A stretch of DNA of 64,000 bases from the NCBI GenBank assembly GCA_963675665.1, contig OY776510.1, positions 3,424,001-3,488,000 of the forward strand. The letters are read 5' to 3'. The DNA comes from Spirochaetia bacterium (GTDB lineage: Bacteria > Spirochaetota > Spirochaetia > UBA9216). Shown here one piece after another: positions 60,832-64,000 of this stretch (within the stretch, counting starts at the first letter, position 1; each line of letters opens with the position of its first letter). A program made the position numbers and the translations under genes. The notes beneath the pieces are model-generated. The model did not search any database and was not told where the DNA came from. It saw nothing but the letters and a program-made list of their open reading frames with translations.

Positions 60832-61779
60832 ATGAATGAACTTATTAAAAGAATAATACCGGTTTTCCTGATTATCTTTATCGGGTACTTTATTAAACGA
60901 AAAAACGTTGTAACTGATGATGGAATAAAAACGTTAAAAAAACTTATCGTTACAATTTTTCTTCCTGCAAGTCTTTTCTTTGCCTTTCTTGACGCTGATC
61001 TTGATGAAAAATATCTGGTTCTTATTGCAGGTGTTTTTTTATTATGCCTTCTGCTTTATTTTATCGGGTTTGTTTTTAAAAAATTTAATGTTCTTGATTC
61101 TATCTACGGTGCAGAGTTCTTTACAGGATTCGAATTCGGTATGGTAGGGATTGCTCTTTTTTCAGGAATATTCGGAGTAAAAGCGCTTCCGGTAATATCG
61201 CTGATAGGACTGGGGCATGAATTTTTTATCTGGTTTGTTTATCTTCCGTTTCTGCAATCGCATTCGGATGAGTATAAAACCAGTTTTAAAGATGTTTTAA
61301 TCTCATTTCTAAAATCTCCGATTATAATCGCAATAATCGCTGCAATAATTTTTAATAAAGCAGGCCTTGCAAATACATTAAGAAATAATTTTATCAGCGG
61401 TGGTTTTTTAACTGCAGCGCAATGGTTTTCTTCAGTAACAATATCGGTAGTTTTAATTGTACTCGGCAGCAGTCTGAGATTTGAAAACATATCATTCCTG
61501 AAAAGTTTAAAATTCATAGCGCTCCGAATTGTTATAGTCGCTGCAGCCGCAGTCGGCGGATTCTTTGCGGTTAACAGGTTAATTCCTGATTTACCTGTTC
61601 TTTTTCCATATGCATGGCTTACCTTTTTTATACTTCCGCCTCCGTATATAATTCCGATTTATGTTCCGGATTCGCATAAAGAAGAAAACATTTTCCTTTC
61701 AAATACTATAATGCTGTATACGCTGATAAGCCTTGCAGTTTTTGTAGTTTTTCTTTTTATAAGTCCGCCGGCTCTTTAA
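60832..61779 (+). CDS. AEC (auxin efflux carrier)-like membrane transporter
   Basis: About 10 TM helices; IIPVFLIIFIGY, LPASLF, GMVG, KSPIIIA. Confidence 0.75.
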   Translation: MNELIKRIIPVFLIIFIGYFIKRKNVVTDDGIKTLKKLIVTIFLPASLFFAFLDADLDEKYLVLIAGVFLLCLLLYFIGFVFKKFNVLDSIYGAEFFTGFEFGMVGIALFSGIFGVKALPVISLIGLGHEFFIWFVYLPFLQSHSDEYKTSFKDVLISFLKSPIIIAIIAAIIFNKAGLANTLRNNFISGGFLTAAQWFSSVTISVVLIVLGSSLRFENISFLKSLKFIALRIVIVAAAAVGGFFAVNRLIPDLPVLFPYAWLTFFILPPPYIIPIYVPDSHKEENIFLSNTIMLYTLISLAVFVVFLFISPPAL

Positions 61780-61809
61780 AAACCGGCGGTATTTCATTAT
61801 AAAGAACGG

Positions 61810-62298
61810 TTAAATTTTTTGTCTGAATTCACGCTCTACAGCACGTTTTTCATCACGGTTGCGGATTGTATCCCGTTTATCCTGAACGTTCTTTCCCCGG
61901 CAAATTCCTATTTCAACCTTGATTTTTGAGTTTTTCAGGTAAACTTTAAGCGGAACAAGAGTGAATCCTTTTTCATCAATCTTTCGCGACAGTCGTTTAA
62001 TTTCCTGTTTATGCGCCAGTAAACGCCTGTTGCGATCCGGCTCATGGTTATTTATATTTCCAAAATCATACTGAGAAATATGCAGCTGTATAAGCCATAG
62101 TTCAAGGTTTTTTACTATAGCATACGAATCGGAAAAAGAGAACTTTCCATTTCTCAGGGACTTTACTTCCGTCCCCTGAAGTTCAATACCGCACTCAAGG
62201 CTTTCTTCTACAGAATAATTAAATCGTGCTTTACGGTTTAATGCCAATATCTTGATACCGTCTTCAGTATATTCGTTTTTTTTGCCTTTTTTTGCCAT
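61810..62298 (-). CDS. smpB: SsrA-binding protein
   Basis: NRKARFNY, GIELQGTEVKSLR, RRLLAHKQEI, DKR. Confidence 0.97.
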   Translation of the reverse strand: MAKKGKKNEYTEDGIKILALNRKARFNYSVEESLECGIELQGTEVKSLRNGKFSFSDSYAIVKNLELWLIQLHISQYDFGNINNHEPDRNRRLLAHKQEIKRLSRKIDEKGFTLVPLKVYLKNSKIKVEIGICRGKNVQDKRDTIRNRDEKRAVEREFRQKI

Positions 62299-63852
62299 TT
62301 ATTCCTTTACCAGCACAGGTCTGAAACCGAGAAACTCAGTACACCATTCCGGCGGTTGAGAACCCCTGGTTGATATACTGATATTATCGTCATTGGCCCA
62401 GCTTCCGCCGCGTACTGATTTTTCCACTCCGGGATATTTCCCGTAGTAAACTTCATTGTAAGCCGGATTTCTTGAAGTAATAAGCGCAGATGCAGGAGCA
62501 TACCAGTTATCGCACCATTCCCACAGGTTTCCCTTCAAGTCATAGAAACCGCTGTTACCAGGGTATCTGCCGTCTACTGTCAATGGTCCATTTGCAGAAC
62601 TATCGTTAAAAATTCCGGCTGAGTCAGATTCTGTTAATGCAGCCCATTCCCATTCATGATCATCCGGAAGTCTGACGGTATATTCAGACAGGTATGGCGG
62701 AAATTTGGATTCGAGCCAGTTACAGAATGAATCAGCAGCATACCATGAAATAAAATTAACGGGAACATTATCTTCTGAAACATCAAAATCCTTTAAATAG
62801 TCCTGGTTTACAAGACCGTCGCTGATAAGCTTGTCTTTATTTTCAAGCCGCCAATCCGGGTTTTCCGACAAAAACAAACGGTACAGATCGTTTGTAACTT
62901 CCCGATCCATAATCATAAAGTCATCAACTGCGGCAGGGTACGGAAAATTATTTCCGTCGGCGCCTATCAGAAACTGCCCGCCCGAAAGCATCAGGAACCG
63001 CATTCCGTTAACCGTTACAGCAGCTTGCGGAGCAGGGAAGTCGTTGCTGAAATCCCGTAGGAAAGACCCGTATTCTTCCTGCAGGGCCGGATACCATTTT
63101 ACGTTATTTTCTCTGTTCTCATCAGAAAGCAGGCTGTAAAACCAGAAAGGTAAATTCTCAAAAAACTTCACTGAATCCTGAAAGAAACTTAATTCGGTAA
63201 AACTTGAAACGATACCCGGTTTTACGTTTATGGAATCGCCGCTTTTTATTTCTTCAAAAATAACAACGGCATCGAGGAAATCCTTATAAAGGATTTCATT
63301 ATGTATAAAAGGGATTACACTGTATAAAAAACCAGACAATTCTGCCGTATTATTGTAACCTGAAGCCTGCAAATCCCTGAAAAGCGGACCCATTACCGGT
63401 TTAGGCTGATAGTTGTCAAAAAACGAATCAATCATACACCATTCTGCAAATTCCCTGAAAGAATTAATCAAAAATCCATCAGGATCTGAAATATCAACAG
63501 TAACAGAGAAGTTTTCTTTATTTGGTGAAAAAAGAGAACCGAATATTCTGTTATCACTAATAATTTCATCACTTATATAGTTAAAATATTTTTTTTCTAT
63601 GCTTACAGAATGTTTACCTTCGGGAACAAATACTTTACACGGTGTAGCACCCTGATATTTTCCGTCGATATAAACAACAGCATTTTCCGGTATTGAATTA
63701 AATGAATAAACGGTACCCGGGCGTATTATTCCAGGGAAAAATAAAAGAAAAAACAGGACAGCTGCAATAATTACGGAATAAAGAACAAGAAGATATTTTC
63801 CCGGCTCAACACCCATAATCGGTTTAAGTTTTACTTGATCGTTATCACTCAT
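62299..63852 (-). CDS. PEGA plus FGE-sulfatase (SUMF1/EgtB/PvdO-like) domain membrane protein
   Basis: SIPENAVVYIDG PEGA motif; EVTN, RLP...EWEWAA, GNLWEWC, RGGSW, GFR. Confidence 0.85.
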   Translation of the reverse strand: MSDNDQVKLKPIMGVEPGKYLLVLYSVIIAAVLFFLLFFPGIIRPGTVYSFNSIPENAVVYIDGKYQGATPCKVFVPEGKHSVSIEKKYFNYISDEIISDNRIFGSLFSPNKENFSVTVDISDPDGFLINSFREFAEWCMIDSFFDNYQPKPVMGPLFRDLQASGYNNTAELSGFLYSVIPFIHNEILYKDFLDAVVIFEEIKSGDSINVKPGIVSSFTELSFFQDSVKFFENLPFWFYSLLSDENRENNVKWYPALQEEYGSFLRDFSNDFPAPQAAVTVNGMRFLMLSGGQFLIGADGNNFPYPAAVDDFMIMDREVTNDLYRLFLSENPDWRLENKDKLISDGLVNQDYLKDFDVSEDNVPVNFISWYAADSFCNWLESKFPPYLSEYTVRLPDDHEWEWAALTESDSAGIFNDSSANGPLTVDGRYPGNSGFYDLKGNLWEWCDNWYAPASALITSRNPAYNEVYYGKYPGVEKSVRGGSWANDDNISISTRGSQPPEWCTEFLGFRPVLVKE

Positions 63853-63916
63853 ATAGTGAGATTATATTTATATCCCGGCCTTGTCAACTTTTGTTATTAC
63901 ATGATATTGTTTATAC

Positions 63917-64000
63917 ATGAATAGCTTTCTGCCTGATGTTCAGCGTAATACTGAAAGATTTTTAAGCTGGCGAAAACGCCGGCACAGAATAAAAAAGGAA
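63917..64000 (+). CDS. 5' end of a gene truncated by the window edge (possibly signal peptidase I, by Treponema synteny only)
   Basis: ATG 63917 MNSFLPDVQRNTERFLSWRKRRHRIKKE, open to the edge, promoter-like sequence upstream. Confidence 0.4.
   Translation, partial: MNSFLPDVQRNTERFLSWRKRRHRIKKE

Noticed and set aside
1-64000. CRISPR arrays, IS elements, prophage, rRNA or tRNA genes
   Set aside because: None recognised; the only tRNA-like sequence belongs to tmRNA

Overview
AT-rich, gene-dense chromosomal window from a spirochaete, probably a free-living anaerobic Spirochaetales. The assignment rests on cfpA, Tp0750/Tp0751-like, TP0733-like and Tp0136-like genes in Treponema-like order. It holds map, htrA, a 1675-aa secreted repeat protein, split purH, an LCP protein, miaB, the cfpA locus, purB-guaB-purA-guaA, a DUF134/MinD-4Fe4S/NifX/DUF5320 cluster, a 9-gene V/A-type ATPase operon with USP and PTS-IIA genes appended, a trimeric [FeFe]-hydrogenase with a HydB-GltD fusion, an orphan GNAT-histidine kinase, tmRNA and smpB. 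No mobile elements or CRISPR arrays were seen. Best candidates for new biology: (1) behind cfpA, a PPDK homolog with a decayed ATP-grasp domain but intact PEP and phospho-His domains, next to a hypothetical protein ending in an HPr-like domain, suggesting a PPDK-derived PTS-like phosphorelay linked to the cytoplasmic filament; (2) a P3-less Moco/Wco-type riboswitch with its own promoter and terminator upstream of the purine AMP/GMP operon instead of Mo/W genes. All calls come from reading the sequence by eye; no searches were run.
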